Counted from the stretch's first letter, positions 28,980-39,500 are shown. The stretch is 64,000 bases of DNA from an uncultured Gammaproteobacteria bacterium (GCA_964409875.1 CAYPEN010000002.1:210630-274629); one strand, 5' to 3'. The notes: a model not told the origin generated them from the letters alone. Numbers and translations are program-made.

Positions 28980-29369
28980 TTAGTGCTGATAAATACCCTC
29001 ATCACGGATAATGTGGTTCTCAACCGTTGAGGGGTTCATGTTGTGGTTGAGGTTTTCCATTATCCAAAGGCTTCCGATAACGACCATAACAACAACCCCA
29101 ATTGTCGAGATAAGAAAAGCGAGTCGAAAGCGCGGACGCGATTCAAACGCCAAATGCAGGAAAAACACCGTCTGAATAAAAAGCTGGATAATTGCCAGCA
29201 CCAAAACAAAGGGGAGTAAAAATTCATGGGAAAAAATAGCGTGATGGGATGAAAAGTGCATCTCAACCGGAATATAGGCACCAAGAGTCAAAAGGAGGGA
29301 GAAGAGAAATCCCCACATGTACGATAAAAGGGTCCCATGTGAAACGGCTGTGTGTTTTATATTAGTCAT
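28980..29369 (-). CDS. cyoD: Quinol oxidase subunit IV
   Basis: YMWGFLFSLLLT, FFLHL, GSLWIMENLN. Confidence 0.9.
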   Translation of the reverse strand: MTNIKHTAVSHGTLLSYMWGFLFSLLLTLGAYIPVEMHFSSHHAIFSHEFLLPFVLVLAIIQLFIQTVFFLHLAFESRPRFRLAFLISTIGVVVMVVIGSLWIMENLNHNMNPSTVENHIIRDEGIYQH

Positions 29370-29941
29370 AAAATTCCTCCAAATAAATATACAATCGTAA
29401 AAATAAATATCCAAACGATATCCAGAAAGTGCCAGAATACACTCAGAAGGGTTATTTTTCTTACCATAGAGTCGGTTAACCCACGCCGTCGTATATAAAA
29501 CAGAAGTATTAGTATCCAGGTTACACCGGTAAGAATATGTAAACCATGGAATCCAAGTAGTGTAAAGAACGATGAAAGAAATGCGCTTTTCATATAGGTA
29601 TGCCCTTCAGAAATTAGAGTTGTGAATTCATACAATTCCATCGCCAAAAATGAAATCCCAAGAAGGGCTGTAAGGAACAGTAGAAGCATTGTTTTTGTTT
29701 TGTCAAAAGAACGTGCAAAAAGCACCCCAATGCCCACCACAAAACTGCTTGAAAGAAGTATGAGGGTCTCATTGAGGACAAATGGAAAATTAACAATCTT
29801 ATCTATAGAAACACTTCCGGCAGTAGCACTTCTCAAAACTGCATATACAGCGAACAAAACAGAGAACATGATAAGGTCTGTCATAAGGTATATCCAGAAC
29901 CCCAGATAAACCCGTTCGTTTTTTTCTTGATGTGTATTCAT
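29366..29941 (-). CDS. cyoC: Quinol oxidase subunit III
   Basis: GFWIYLMTD, AFLSSFFTLLGFHGLH, FWHFLDIVW. Confidence 0.93.
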   Translation of the reverse strand: MNTHQEKNERVYLGFWIYLMTDLIMFSVLFAVYAVLRSATAGSVSIDKIVNFPFVLNETLILLSSSFVVGIGVLFARSFDKTKTMLLLFLTALLGISFLAMELYEFTTLISEGHTYMKSAFLSSFFTLLGFHGLHILTGVTWILILLFYIRRRGLTDSMVRKITLLSVFWHFLDIVWIFIFTIVYLFGGIL

Positions 29942-31902
29942 TTTTTTGATTCTATTTTTGCAACCATTGAGGCTGGGATTACATACTCCGTATCTTCATC
30001 AAATGTCCGCAAAATAATGCAAATTATAATGCCTATAACGCTTACGGCCGCCAACCAGAATATATGCCAAATCATTGCAAATCCCAACACGAGTGCTAAA
30101 AGCGAAATATAAATACCCATTGCAGTGGGTTTTGGCGCTTCAATATCCTCGTATTTCCCGTGCTTTTCCTCCTTATTTTTTCCATATTTTATTTCCCAGA
30201 ACGCGTCGGTAGATGTCACTTTTGGAATATGGGAAAAATTATATGACGGAGCAGGTGAAGCGGTCGCCCATTCAAGAGTTCTTCCATTCCAAGGGTCTCC
30301 GGTTGTATCCAAGTGCTCTTTTCTTTTCCAGACACTATAGACCACTTGGATAATAAGAAATACGGTACCCATAACAAGCAGTAAAAACCCAATAAGCGAC
30401 ATCGCAAAAAACGGCTGGAAGGAGGCAACATTATAATGGTCAAGTCTTCTCGTTGCTCCCATAAGCCCCAATACATACAGTGGTCCAAATGACACCCAAA
30501 AACCAATAAACCAAAACCAAAAAGCATACCGTCCTAGCCGCTCATTCAGAACTATGCCGGTAACTTTTGGAAACCAATAGGTAAATCCGGCCAACACACC
30601 AAATATAACACCTCCTATAACCTGCGTATGGAAATGTGCGACGAGAAACAGGCTATTATGAAGCTGAAAATCAGCAGGCGGAACCGCTAGGAGAACACCA
30701 GTCATGCCTCCTATTGTAAATGTTGCAACAAAACCCAAAAACCACAACATGGGATTTGAAAATCTGATGTGGCCCTTATACATCGTTGCTATCCAGTTGA
30801 TAAATTGCACGCCTGTCGGAATAGCAATAAACATCGTCATGATTCCAAAAAATGCATTGACATTGGCACCCGCACCCATAGTAAAGAAGTGATGCAACCA
30901 TACAAGAAGTGAAAGGGTTGCGACAAGAATTGCTGCCACAACACCTGTTGCATAGCTTGCGAGCTTCTTTTGAGAGAACGTTGAGACAATCTCGGAATAC
31001 ACGCCAAATGCGGGGAGAATGAGGATATACACCTCAGGGTGTCCCCACATCCATATAAGATTTGTGTACATCATGGCATTTCCTCCGGCATTTGTTGTAA
31101 AAAAGTGCATTCCCAACAGCCTGTCGAGGTTGAGAAGTAAAATCGTTGCAGTCAGTATTGGAAAAACAGTCACAACCATAAGCATGCTGCAAAGCGATGT
31201 CCACGTAAAAATCGGCATACGCATGAGCGTCATTCCCGGAGCGCGCATTTTAAGAATGGTAACGATGAAGTTAATTCCTCCAAGGGTAGTTCCGATGCCT
31301 GAAATCTGCAAACTCCATATCCAATAGTCCATCCCCACTCCGGGACTAAATTCGCTACCTGAAAGAGGAGCAATAGCAAGCCATCCGGCTCCGGCAAAAT
31401 GTCCGCCAAATATGAAAAACATATTGATAAGAATTGCTCCTGCTGCATACAACCAAAAACCCAACGTGTTGAGAAGAGGGGAGGCCAGGTCTCGTGCTCC
31501 AATCTGAAGCGGAATTACAATATTCAAAAGTCCAAATATAAAACCGGACGCCACGAAAAAGACCATAATAACACCATGTGCGGTGAATATCTCCTGAAAA
31601 TGCTCGGCATTCAAGTATCCATGAGACGCACCGCTTGATAATGCTTGTTGAAGCCATATCATTCCAGCATCGAGCCCGCCCCTTAAAAGCATAAGGGTAG
31701 CAACGATAATATACATAATTCCTATTTTTTTAGGGTCAACGGAGGTCAACCACTCACCCCACAGCCATCTCCAGCGCTTCAATTTGGTTATTAAAAACGC
31801 AACCATTGCAAGCATTCCGCTCATTGCTATTGTTCCTCCAAGAGTGAACCACTCGTGGGGTAGCGCATCTAGCGTTAGCCGTCCAAATAAAAATTCCATC
31901 AT
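29938..31902 (-). CDS. cyoB: Heme-copper quinol oxidase subunit I
   Basis: His ligands FTAH, WGHPEVY, WLHH, AHFH; quinol-site R..D and H. Confidence 0.96.
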   Translation of the reverse strand: MMEFLFGRLTLDALPHEWFTLGGTIAMSGMLAMVAFLITKLKRWRWLWGEWLTSVDPKKIGIMYIIVATLMLLRGGLDAGMIWLQQALSSGASHGYLNAEHFQEIFTAHGVIMVFFVASGFIFGLLNIVIPLQIGARDLASPLLNTLGFWLYAAGAILINMFFIFGGHFAGAGWLAIAPLSGSEFSPGVGMDYWIWSLQISGIGTTLGGINFIVTILKMRAPGMTLMRMPIFTWTSLCSMLMVVTVFPILTATILLLNLDRLLGMHFFTTNAGGNAMMYTNLIWMWGHPEVYILILPAFGVYSEIVSTFSQKKLASYATGVVAAILVATLSLLVWLHHFFTMGAGANVNAFFGIMTMFIAIPTGVQFINWIATMYKGHIRFSNPMLWFLGFVATFTIGGMTGVLLAVPPADFQLHNSLFLVAHFHTQVIGGVIFGVLAGFTYWFPKVTGIVLNERLGRYAFWFWFIGFWVSFGPLYVLGLMGATRRLDHYNVASFQPFFAMSLIGFLLLVMGTVFLIIQVVYSVWKRKEHLDTTGDPWNGRTLEWATASPAPSYNFSHIPKVTSTDAFWEIKYGKNKEEKHGKYEDIEAPKPTAMGIYISLLALVLGFAMIWHIFWLAAVSVIGIIICIILRTFDEDTEYVIPASMVAKIESKK

Positions 31903-31907
31903 AAAAA

Positions 31908-32777
31908 TTATTTACCTCCTGTCTCTTCCATGGGCTGTTGGTACTTCGTCAATATCTTATTATAAAGGCCTTTCTCATATGAGCCGTAGAGCAACATTGG
32001 GGCATCCTCCGACGGAATAGCCAACTTTTTATAGCCATCTGTGTCCAGCATTTTGTTGTTTTTTGTTTCCTTTACCCATTTATCATATTCTTCTTTTTTG
32101 ACCGAACGGGCAGTAAATTTCATCCCCGAATATCCCTTTCCGTTTATTTCTGCTGCAAACCCGTTAAAATCCCCCAAAGAAGTGGCTTCCATGTGTAATT
32201 TTGTACTCATGCCACTCATAGCATATATTTGGCCTGAAAGAGCGGGGAGCCAAAACGAGTTCATGGGACCATCGGATGTTAATTCGAGTGCGACCGGAGT
32301 CTTTTCTGGAAATTCCACGAAGTTAACGGTTGCAATATTCTCTTCAGGATAGAGAAAAAGCCATTTCCATTGCAATGCAACGACCTGGATTTTCAAAGGC
32401 ATCGCCTCAGAATCCAATGCATTGTAGGGGTCAAGCTTGTGCGTCTTTCCCCATGTGATAAAGGCAATCGCAAGAATTATTAAAGTTGGTGCCAGCCACC
32501 AAAGTAACTGTACTTTTTTGGGAATTTTTTGCCCATGGCTGCTTTTCTCGTTTTTTTTGCCCGAGCGGAATTTGAACACAACGAAGAAAAGCGTTGCGTA
32601 CACCGGCACAATAATAATAAGCATTATGGCTATTGCCAGAAAAATAAGATGAGCCTGCGCTTGAGCAATTGTTCCATGTGGAAAGAGCAACACGAGGCGA
32701 TTTTGACCAGCAATAAAGGCGAATACAAAAAACAGAATCAAACCAATGAGGGGAATAAGGACTGAAAGTTTTTTCAT
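31908..32777 (-). CDS. cyoA: Quinol oxidase subunit II
   Basis: AAGGAG before ATG 32777; QVVALQWKWLFLYP, MNSFWLPALSGQIYAM; no CuA Cys motif. Confidence 0.92.
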   Translation of the reverse strand: MKKLSVLIPLIGLILFFVFAFIAGQNRLVLLFPHGTIAQAQAHLIFLAIAIMLIIIVPVYATLFFVVFKFRSGKKNEKSSHGQKIPKKVQLLWWLAPTLIILAIAFITWGKTHKLDPYNALDSEAMPLKIQVVALQWKWLFLYPEENIATVNFVEFPEKTPVALELTSDGPMNSFWLPALSGQIYAMSGMSTKLHMEATSLGDFNGFAAEINGKGYSGMKFTARSVKKEEYDKWVKETKNNKMLDTDGYKKLAIPSEDAPMLLYGSYEKGLYNKILTKYQQPMEETGGK

Positions 32778-32944
32778 GCTCTCCTTAATCATACCAAGAA
32801 TTCAAGCCGCCAACAAAGTTATTGTGCATTCCTCAGATTTAAAATTGAAGATGTTGTTTTGGATATGAATACAAATGGGTTTGCTTAAAAACCAAATGGG
32901 GGCTTCATTAAAAAATCAAGCAACGCTTACCGTAAATACATTAA

Positions 32945-33490
32945 TTACTTCTCTTTATACTCATCTTTCACATCTTTTGAATATTCTTTTAGCAACTTTT
33001 GTATCTTTGGTCCAATAACATACGAACAGTACTCCTGATTTTTATTGTTATCGTAATAATTCTGATGGTACTCCTCTGCGGCATAAAAAGCCTCGAAAGG
33101 GATGATTTCGGTAAGAATCGGGTCTTTCCAAATACCTTCATCGGCCACCTCATCGCGCACTTTGAGCGCTTTTTCTTTCTGCTCCTCGCTGTGATAAAAA
33201 ATAATGGAACGGTACTGCGTCCCCTCATCATTCCCCTGCCTATTAAGAGTAGTGGGGTCATGAAGGTGAAAAAATATCGTAAGGAGTCGCTCATAAGGAA
33301 TGATGTTAGGGTCAAACTCTATTTGAATAGCCTCGGCATGTCCCGTTGCTCCTGTCGAGACCTGCTCGTACGTAGGATTGGATCGGATGCCACCGGTATA
33401 CCCCGGCACGACACTTTCAACGCCTCTTAATCTTTTAAATATTGCCTCAGTACACCAAAAACATCCGCCGGCCAGAGTAGCAAGTTCCAT
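32945..33490 (-). CDS. msrA: Methionine sulfoxide reductase A
   Basis: GGCFWCTE, GHAE, HDPT, AEEYHQNY. Confidence 0.96.
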   Translation of the reverse strand: MELATLAGGCFWCTEAIFKRLRGVESVVPGYTGGIRSNPTYEQVSTGATGHAEAIQIEFDPNIIPYERLLTIFFHLHDPTTLNRQGNDEGTQYRSIIFYHSEEQKEKALKVRDEVADEGIWKDPILTEIIPFEAFYAAEEYHQNYYDNNKNQEYCSYVIGPKIQKLLKEYSKDVKDEYKEK

Positions 33491-33508
33491 CTATTAAGTA
33501 TACATCTT

Positions 33509-33547
33509 TTAGCACTCGTTGACAAATACTGCTAATTTTACTACAAT
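33509..33547 (+). promoter_or_regulatory. CIRCE (HrcA operator) overlapping the clpB sigma70 promoter
   Basis: TTAGCACTC-N9-TACTGCTAA (33509-33535); TTGACA 33519-N17-TACAAT 33542; ATG 6 nt later. Confidence 0.82.
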
Positions 33548-33553
33548 TGAGGT

Positions 33554-35710
33554 ATGAGTGACGAAAATTTAGATTTTTTAAAACCGGTAACACCCGAGGA
33601 GGCTTTAAAAAAATTCACCCTGGACCTTACCGAGCAAGCACATCAAAACAAGCTGGACCCGGTTGTTGGGAGAGAAGAGGAAATACGAAGGGTAATGGAA
33701 ATTCTGTCCCGCAGGACAAAAAACAATCCTATTCTTATAGGAGACCCGGGTGTTGGAAAAACGGCAATTGTTGAGGGATTGGCACAAAAAATTTCATCAG
33801 GCAACGTTCCCACAACGCTTGCAAACAAAACTGTCCTAACGCTTGATTTTGCCCAACTATTGGCGGGGGCTAAATTCAGGGGAGAGTTCGAAGAACGGCT
33901 GAAAGCGGTTGTAAAGGCAGTTGAGGATTCGAATGGTAAATTTATCATATTTATCGACGAGCTTCACACGCTTATTGGCGGGGGGTCGGCAGAAGGGGCG
34001 GTTGATGCTGCCAATATTCTCAAGCCTTCATTAGCCCGCGGTCTTCTTCGTGTCATTGGAGCAACAACCACTGCCGAGTACAGAAAATATATCGAGCGCG
34101 ACCAGGCGTTGGCACGGCGCTTTCAACCCGTTACAGTAAATGAGCCCACAATTGAGGACACCATTTCTGTTTTGAGGGGGTTAAAAGACCGCTACCAGCT
34201 TCACCACGGAATTCGGATAACCGATAATGCCCTTATAGCCGCAGCAAAGCTTTCCGCCCAATATATTCCCCAACGCTTCCTACCCGATAAAGCAATAGAC
34301 CTTGTTGATGAAGCTGCTGCTGCAATAAAGATTGAGGCAGAAAGCATGCCAACAGAACTTGACACACTGAAACGAAAAATAACAAGTATTGAAATTGAAC
34401 TGGCGGCACTTAAGAAAGAGTCAGGGGAACAGGCAAAACGCAGAAGACAGGAAGGGGAAACTGAACTAAAACAACTCAAACAGAAAAGCGACTCGCTTGA
34501 GAAACGATGGAGAGAGCAAAAAGAACTCATCCAAAAAATCCAAGAAGGGAGGGCAAAGCTTGATGCCGCACGCATTGAACTCGAAAAGGCAGAGCGGGAG
34601 GTAGACCTGCAAAAAGCTGCAGAAGTTGCATACGGACGCATTCCTGAACTTGAGAAACAGAATAATGAGCTTCACGCAACGTGGGAGAAAATTCCCCAGG
34701 AGGAAAAAATTCTCCGGGAAGAGGTGGATGAAGACGATATCGCACGTGTTGTTGCCCGTTGGACAGGAATTCCGGTAACCAAGCTTCTCTCAACCGAATC
34801 GGAGAGGTTATCCCACCTGGAGGAAGAACTCAAAAAGCGGGTCGTAGGACAGGACGAGGCACTTTCGGTTCTCTCAAAAGCCATACGGCGCTCAAGAACG
34901 GGGCTTGGGGCAAAGAACAAGCCTATCGGCTCATTTCTCTTCTTGGGGCCAACTGGTGTTGGAAAGACGGAAACAGCAAAAGCACTGGCCTCCATATTAT
35001 TCTCAGACGAGCACGCAATAACCCGTATTGATATGAGCGAGTACCAAGAAGCCCACAGCGTTGCTCGGCTCATTGGTGCGCCACCCGGCTATGTCGGATA
35101 CGAGGAGGGCGGCCAACTAACCGAGGCTGTAAGAAGAAAGCCATACTCGGTTGTCCTTATTGATGAAATCGAAAAAGCCCACCCGCAAGTCTTCAATCTT
35201 TTCCTTCAAATCTTTGACGAGGGAAGGCTGACAGACAGCGCTGGCAAAACAATTGACTTTAAAAATGCCATACTTATTATGACCTCAAACTTAGGAAGCG
35301 ATATCATCCTGGCTGGCAAAGACAGTGAAAAAACAAAAAAAGAAGTAATAAAGCTTCTCCACCAATTTTTTAGGCCAGAATTTCTCAACAGAATCGATGC
35401 AACAGTCATCTATAATAGCCTTACCCAAAGTGACATTCTTACCATTACCAGGCTTCAACTTATGGAAGTTGCTAAAAGACTGGCCGAATCGGGAGTAACG
35501 CTTACAGAAAATGACAGCCTTGTTGAGCATTTTGCTAAGATAGGCTATGACCCAAGCTTTGGTGCCCGGCCCCTGAAGCGGGCAATAGAAGATGAATTGG
35601 TAGACAAAATCGCAATGGAAATTTTGGAAGGGACCGTCAAGTCTGGGGACACAATAGAACCAAAAGTGAAGGCGGGGAGCATTGAAATCAACGTCTCCTT
35701 TCCCAATTAA
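33554..35710 (+). CDS. clpB: ClpB disaggregase lacking the N-terminal domain
   Basis: Two AAA modules ([16 protein letters not shown]), long coiled-coil middle domain, GYVGY pore loop. Confidence 0.92.
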   Translation: MSDENLDFLKPVTPEEALKKFTLDLTEQAHQNKLDPVVGREEEIRRVMEILSRRTKNNPILIGDPGVGKTAIVEGLAQKISSGNVPTTLANKTVLTLDFAQLLAGAKFRGEFEERLKAVVKAVEDSNGKFIIFIDELHTLIGGGSAEGAVDAANILKPSLARGLLRVIGATTTAEYRKYIERDQALARRFQPVTVNEPTIEDTISVLRGLKDRYQLHHGIRITDNALIAAAKLSAQYIPQRFLPDKAIDLVDEAAAAIKIEAESMPTELDTLKRKITSIEIELAALKKESGEQAKRRRQEGETELKQLKQKSDSLEKRWREQKELIQKIQEGRAKLDAARIELEKAEREVDLQKAAEVAYGRIPELEKQNNELHATWEKIPQEEKILREEVDEDDIARVVARWTGIPVTKLLSTESERLSHLEEELKKRVVGQDEALSVLSKAIRRSRTGLGAKNKPIGSFLFLGPTGVGKTETAKALASILFSDEHAITRIDMSEYQEAHSVARLIGAPPGYVGYEEGGQLTEAVRRKPYSVVLIDEIEKAHPQVFNLFLQIFDEGRLTDSAGKTIDFKNAILIMTSNLGSDIILAGKDSEKTKKEVIKLLHQFFRPEFLNRIDATVIYNSLTQSDILTITRLQLMEVAKRLAESGVTLTENDSLVEHFAKIGYDPSFGARPLKRAIEDELVDKIAMEILEGTVKSGDTIEPKVKAGSIEINVSFPN

Positions 35711-35734
35711 AGCGTTGTAGGAAATTGGGGCGAT

Positions 35735-36745
35735 ATGGGCTACAATATGCCCAGGGCAATGATAAAAACACTTCTTACATATCTGGGGAAAAACCAATTC
35801 GTTGTTGGCATCCTTTTTCTGGCGTTTCTTATTCTTTTGTACCAACTCAAAGAAATCCTCCTCATTGTATTTATTGCATATATTATTGTTGCCTCTCTTA
35901 TTCCCGTCGTTGAGTACTTAAGAAAAAAAGGCTTCCCGCGGACAATTGCAGTCCTTACAACATTTTTTACGGCGCTTCTTTTATTCATTCTCCTTATCGC
36001 TCCCCTTGTGCCTTTTCTGGCTGCTCAAATTCAGCAACTAACAAAAAGCTTTCCCCAGTATCTTCACCAGGCTGCAGTTGCGGTAGGTGTTCAGCTTGAC
36101 GCACGGGAGTTGGGGCAAGTCTTCACGCCTCAGCAGTTGGGCCAAAATGCATTTGCCCTTGCAGGCGGGGTATTTGGTGGTTTTTTTGCAGTCGTCACAA
36201 CGGTTGCGATAAGCTTTTATCTTCTTTTGTCTTATGACAGTGCAAAAAGCAGCGTTGCCAACCTTTTTGCCACAAAGAGCAGGGAAAAGGCAATGAATGT
36301 TATTGAGCAAATTAATGATAAATTGGGAGCATGGCTTCAAGGACAATTCCTTCTCTCCCTTTCGATAGCGCTTCTTACCTGGATTACGCTTATGGCCCTT
36401 GGCATGCCATTTGCTTTGCCGCTTGCGGTTCTTGCGGGATTATTTGAAATAGTGCCGACAATTGGGCCTATTATCTCCGCCGTACCTGCGGTTGTTGTTG
36501 CCCTAACCATTTCGCCCAACATGGCATTTATCATAATGGGGGCCTATATCGTCATACAAATGATTGAAAACCACCTATTGGTACCGCGCATTATGCAAAG
36601 AGCAGTCGGTCTTAATCCTGTTGTTGTTATCATTGGCGTAATCGTAGGAGACAGACTCTTAGGAATACCGGGAGCACTTCTTTCTGTCCCATTTATCTCG
36701 CTTATCGTTCTTCTCTCAAAAAATTTTGATGAATTGACAGGGTAA
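35735..36745 (+). CDS. AI-2E family transporter
   Basis: Multi-TM; VPTIGP, QMIENHLLVPRIM, LGIPGALLSVP (start may be ATG 35759). Confidence 0.9.
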   Translation: MGYNMPRAMIKTLLTYLGKNQFVVGILFLAFLILLYQLKEILLIVFIAYIIVASLIPVVEYLRKKGFPRTIAVLTTFFTALLLFILLIAPLVPFLAAQIQQLTKSFPQYLHQAAVAVGVQLDARELGQVFTPQQLGQNAFALAGGVFGGFFAVVTTVAISFYLLLSYDSAKSSVANLFATKSREKAMNVIEQINDKLGAWLQGQFLLSLSIALLTWITLMALGMPFALPLAVLAGLFEIVPTIGPIISAVPAVVVALTISPNMAFIIMGAYIVIQMIENHLLVPRIMQRAVGLNPVVVIIGVIVGDRLLGIPGALLSVPFISLIVLLSKNFDELTG

Positions 36746-36779
36746 TGTAGCGTAAGTTATCCCATATTAAAATAGCCTC

Positions 36780-36808
36780 TTGACAAGGACTTATCCACAT
36801 TCCATACT
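36780..36808 (+). promoter_or_regulatory. dnaA promoter with a DnaA box in the spacer
   Basis: TTGACA 36780, TTATCCACA 36791-36799, CATACT 36803. Confidence 0.75.
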
Positions 36809-36875
36809 GAGTATCGAAACGCGACTTTCAGCCCCTCTGTCCATGGCTTTATAGCCCCAGTCCGCACGTGTGTTT

Positions 36876-38201
36876 ATGGATGATATTTGGCAACAAGTAC
36901 TTTCGGAAATTCAAGTAGAGGTTTCCCAACCCCGATTTATTGCCTTTTTCAAATCCACCCACCTGTTGTCTCTTGAAAATTCGATAGCAACCATTGCCAC
37001 GCCTAACCCCATGACTGCCGACCTTTTGGAAAAAAACTACTACGCGCTGATAAAAAATGTTCTCGATAAAAAAACTGACCAGAATACAAGCCTCGTCTTT
37101 ACTATTAAAAGAGCAGAAGAGATTGCCCAAAAAGATAGTGGTCCGCTTTTTACTGAACGGGCGGTGGCAACAAAAAAACTCCCCCGTATTCGAGATGACT
37201 ACACATTTGACACCTTCGCTGTTTCGGACAGCAACCAGCTGGCATATACCGCCGCTTATGCGGTAGCTACCGACCCGGGCGGCAAATACAACCCTTTATT
37301 TTTGTATGGGAGCGTTGGGGTAGGGAAAACGCACCTTATGCACGCTATTGCCAACACGGTTTTTGAAAAAAACCCAAGCGCTTCAATTGCGTATCTTACC
37401 ACCGAAGAATTCACAAATGAGATGGTCGAAGCTATTCAGACAAAAAGTACGGCAAAAATGCGAAAAAAATTCCGCAACACCGACCTTCTTCTTTTGGACG
37501 ACATCCAATTTTTGAGCGGAAAAGAGAAAATTCAGGAAGAGCTCTTTCACACCTTCAACACGCTTATCGATAACCATGGGCAGGTTATATTCTCTTCTGA
37601 CAGACCACCGCATGAGATTAAAAAAATTGAAGCAAGGCTTGCGTCGCGGTTTGAAAGCGGACTCACTATTGACATTGAACCCCCCGATTTTGAACTAAGA
37701 ACCGCAATTCTTCTTATTAAAAGCCGGAAACACAATATTGAACTTAACCCTGAGCACGCAAAAAAAATAGCCGAAAAAATAACCGAACCGCGGGCGCTTG
37801 AAGGCTTTCTGTTAAAACTCGTGACACTCCTTACAATGGAGGGAGAACAAATAGTAACTGACAGGCTGATAGATAAGGCGCTTGGAAATATGCGCGAAGA
37901 ACGACCGTCAATTCACCCCGATGATGTCATCAGAACGGTATGTGACTACTACAATATAAAGCCAACCCAATTGAGGGGAACCAGGCGAGACGCGCTTTTT
38001 GTGAAACCCCGTCAAATTTGCATGTATCTTCTAAAGGAAGACCTCAAAATCACACTAGTTGAAATAGGAAACCTTTTGGGTGGACGCGACCACACAACTA
38101 TTATGCACGGGGTAGAAAAAATAAGACTAACGAAAGAGAATAACCCCCAACTAGAGCATGAAATGACCTCAATTAAGAATGCTTTATTGGAGGTTGAATA
38201 A
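36876..38201 (+). CDS. dnaA: Replication initiator DnaA
   Basis: YNPLFLYGSVGVGKTHL, LLDDIQF, QEELFHTFN, GGRDHTTIMH. Confidence 0.98.
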   Translation: MDDIWQQVLSEIQVEVSQPRFIAFFKSTHLLSLENSIATIATPNPMTADLLEKNYYALIKNVLDKKTDQNTSLVFTIKRAEEIAQKDSGPLFTERAVATKKLPRIRDDYTFDTFAVSDSNQLAYTAAYAVATDPGGKYNPLFLYGSVGVGKTHLMHAIANTVFEKNPSASIAYLTTEEFTNEMVEAIQTKSTAKMRKKFRNTDLLLLDDIQFLSGKEKIQEELFHTFNTLIDNHGQVIFSSDRPPHEIKKIEARLASRFESGLTIDIEPPDFELRTAILLIKSRKHNIELNPEHAKKIAEKITEPRALEGFLLKLVTLLTMEGEQIVTDRLIDKALGNMREERPSIHPDDVIRTVCDYYNIKPTQLRGTRRDALFVKPRQICMYLLKEDLKITLVEIGNLLGGRDHTTIMHGVEKIRLTKENNPQLEHEMTSIKNALLEVE

Positions 38202-38408
38202 AAAATGTGGATAAATTTATATTTTTTTGTGGAAAAGTAGGGGACAGCAAGACCCCCAAAACCTGGTTATCCAATGAAACAACAACAACGCTCAATCCAT
38301 GCACAAGTTATCCACAAAGTTATCATTAGGTTGTCCACAAATATTCATGGCGGGCCGTTTGCTTTTATACACTTATCCACCTATACTACTACTGCTACTA
38401 TTTAATAT
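38202..38408. other. Replication origin oriC
   Basis: DnaA boxes at 38206 (TGTGGATAA), 38228, 38308 (TTATCCACA), 38331, 38365, 38373; DnaA-trio run TACTACTACTGCTACTA 38384-38400; plus strand turns from C-rich to G-rich nearby. Confidence 0.88.
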
Positions 38409-39500
38409 ATGAAAGTAACTCTTCTACCCGAAAACGTTACGGTTTTTGCAACACTTCTTAATAAAATTATCCCCTCACACTCTCAACTCCCGATACTATC
38501 AAATCTTTTAATAGAAGCTGCAGAATCAAGTCTTACTATAAAAGCAACCGATTTAGAAATGGGGGCTCAGGTGAAAATTGCAGCAAAAATTGAAGAAGAT
38601 GGTGCAGTAACCGTACCGGGAAAAGAATTCTTAGAGGCAATTACGTCCCTTCCAAAAGACAAGACAACCATAAGTCTTGAAAAGGATACTCTTGTTGTTG
38701 TCTGCCGGGGGAACAAAATGTCTTTCAATACTATCCCTAAAGACGAGTTTCCTCAACTTTTTAAAGAAAAAGGGGTTGAGGTAGATAGGTTTATGAGGAA
38801 AGAGTTTGTTGAAATATTTTCTTGCTTAATTTTTTCGGTATCAGCAGAGGAAACAAGACCTCAGCTAAGCGGAGTGTATGTCGACAAGAAGAAGGGGTAT
38901 GTTAATTTTGTCTCAACAGATGGATATAGAATGTCTGTTAAGAGAGTTGTGCGAAAGGATGGTGGGGGTGAAAATATTATTGTTCCGGTTGGGTTGATTG
39001 GTGAGGTGATTGCTTTAAAGGGTGAGGATGAGATCGTTTTGTATGTGAATAAGGATGAAAATCAGGTTCTTTTTGAAGTAGGGGATGCGGTAATTGTGGG
39101 CCGAATGATAGAGGGGGCCTTTCCGGATTATGAAAAAGTTTTGCCTGGAAACACAATTACAAAAGCGACAGTTAATAGGGAAGAGTTTTTTCAGAACGTA
39201 AAACTTGCTTCTGTTTTTGGAAGGGAAAACAGCAATATTGCCAGTCTTGAAGTTGTTGGGGACACCTTGAGGATTTCGACACGGACCCAAGGGGTAGGTG
39301 AGGGTGAGGTTTCTGTAGAGTGTGTTAAAGAGGGGGAAGACAATAAAATATCTTTTAATATCAGATATTTGCTGGATGTGTTGAAGAATATGTCTGTTGA
39401 GGATGTTGTTTTAGGTCTTAACTCTGCTGTTGAGCCCGCTGTTTTTACGACAAAAGAAGGGGATTTCTCTCATGTAATAATGCCCATTCAGGTTGACTAG
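38409..39500 (+). CDS. dnaN: DNA polymerase III beta clamp
   Basis: ATDLE, RPQLSGV, STDGYRM, FPDYEKV, VIMPI. Confidence 0.96.
   Translation: MKVTLLPENVTVFATLLNKIIPSHSQLPILSNLLIEAAESSLTIKATDLEMGAQVKIAAKIEEDGAVTVPGKEFLEAITSLPKDKTTISLEKDTLVVVCRGNKMSFNTIPKDEFPQLFKEKGVEVDRFMRKEFVEIFSCLIFSVSAEETRPQLSGVYVDKKKGYVNFVSTDGYRMSVKRVVRKDGGGENIIVPVGLIGEVIALKGEDEIVLYVNKDENQVLFEVGDAVIVGRMIEGAFPDYEKVLPGNTITKATVNREEFFQNVKLASVFGRENSNIASLEVVGDTLRISTRTQGVGEGEVSVECVKEGEDNKISFNIRYLLDVLKNMSVEDVVLGLNSAVEPAVFTTKEGDFSHVIMPIQVD

Noticed and set aside
38278-38289. (AAC)4 microsatellite in oriC
   Set aside because: Too short to support a function; the trio run at 38384-38400 is the better unwinding candidate.
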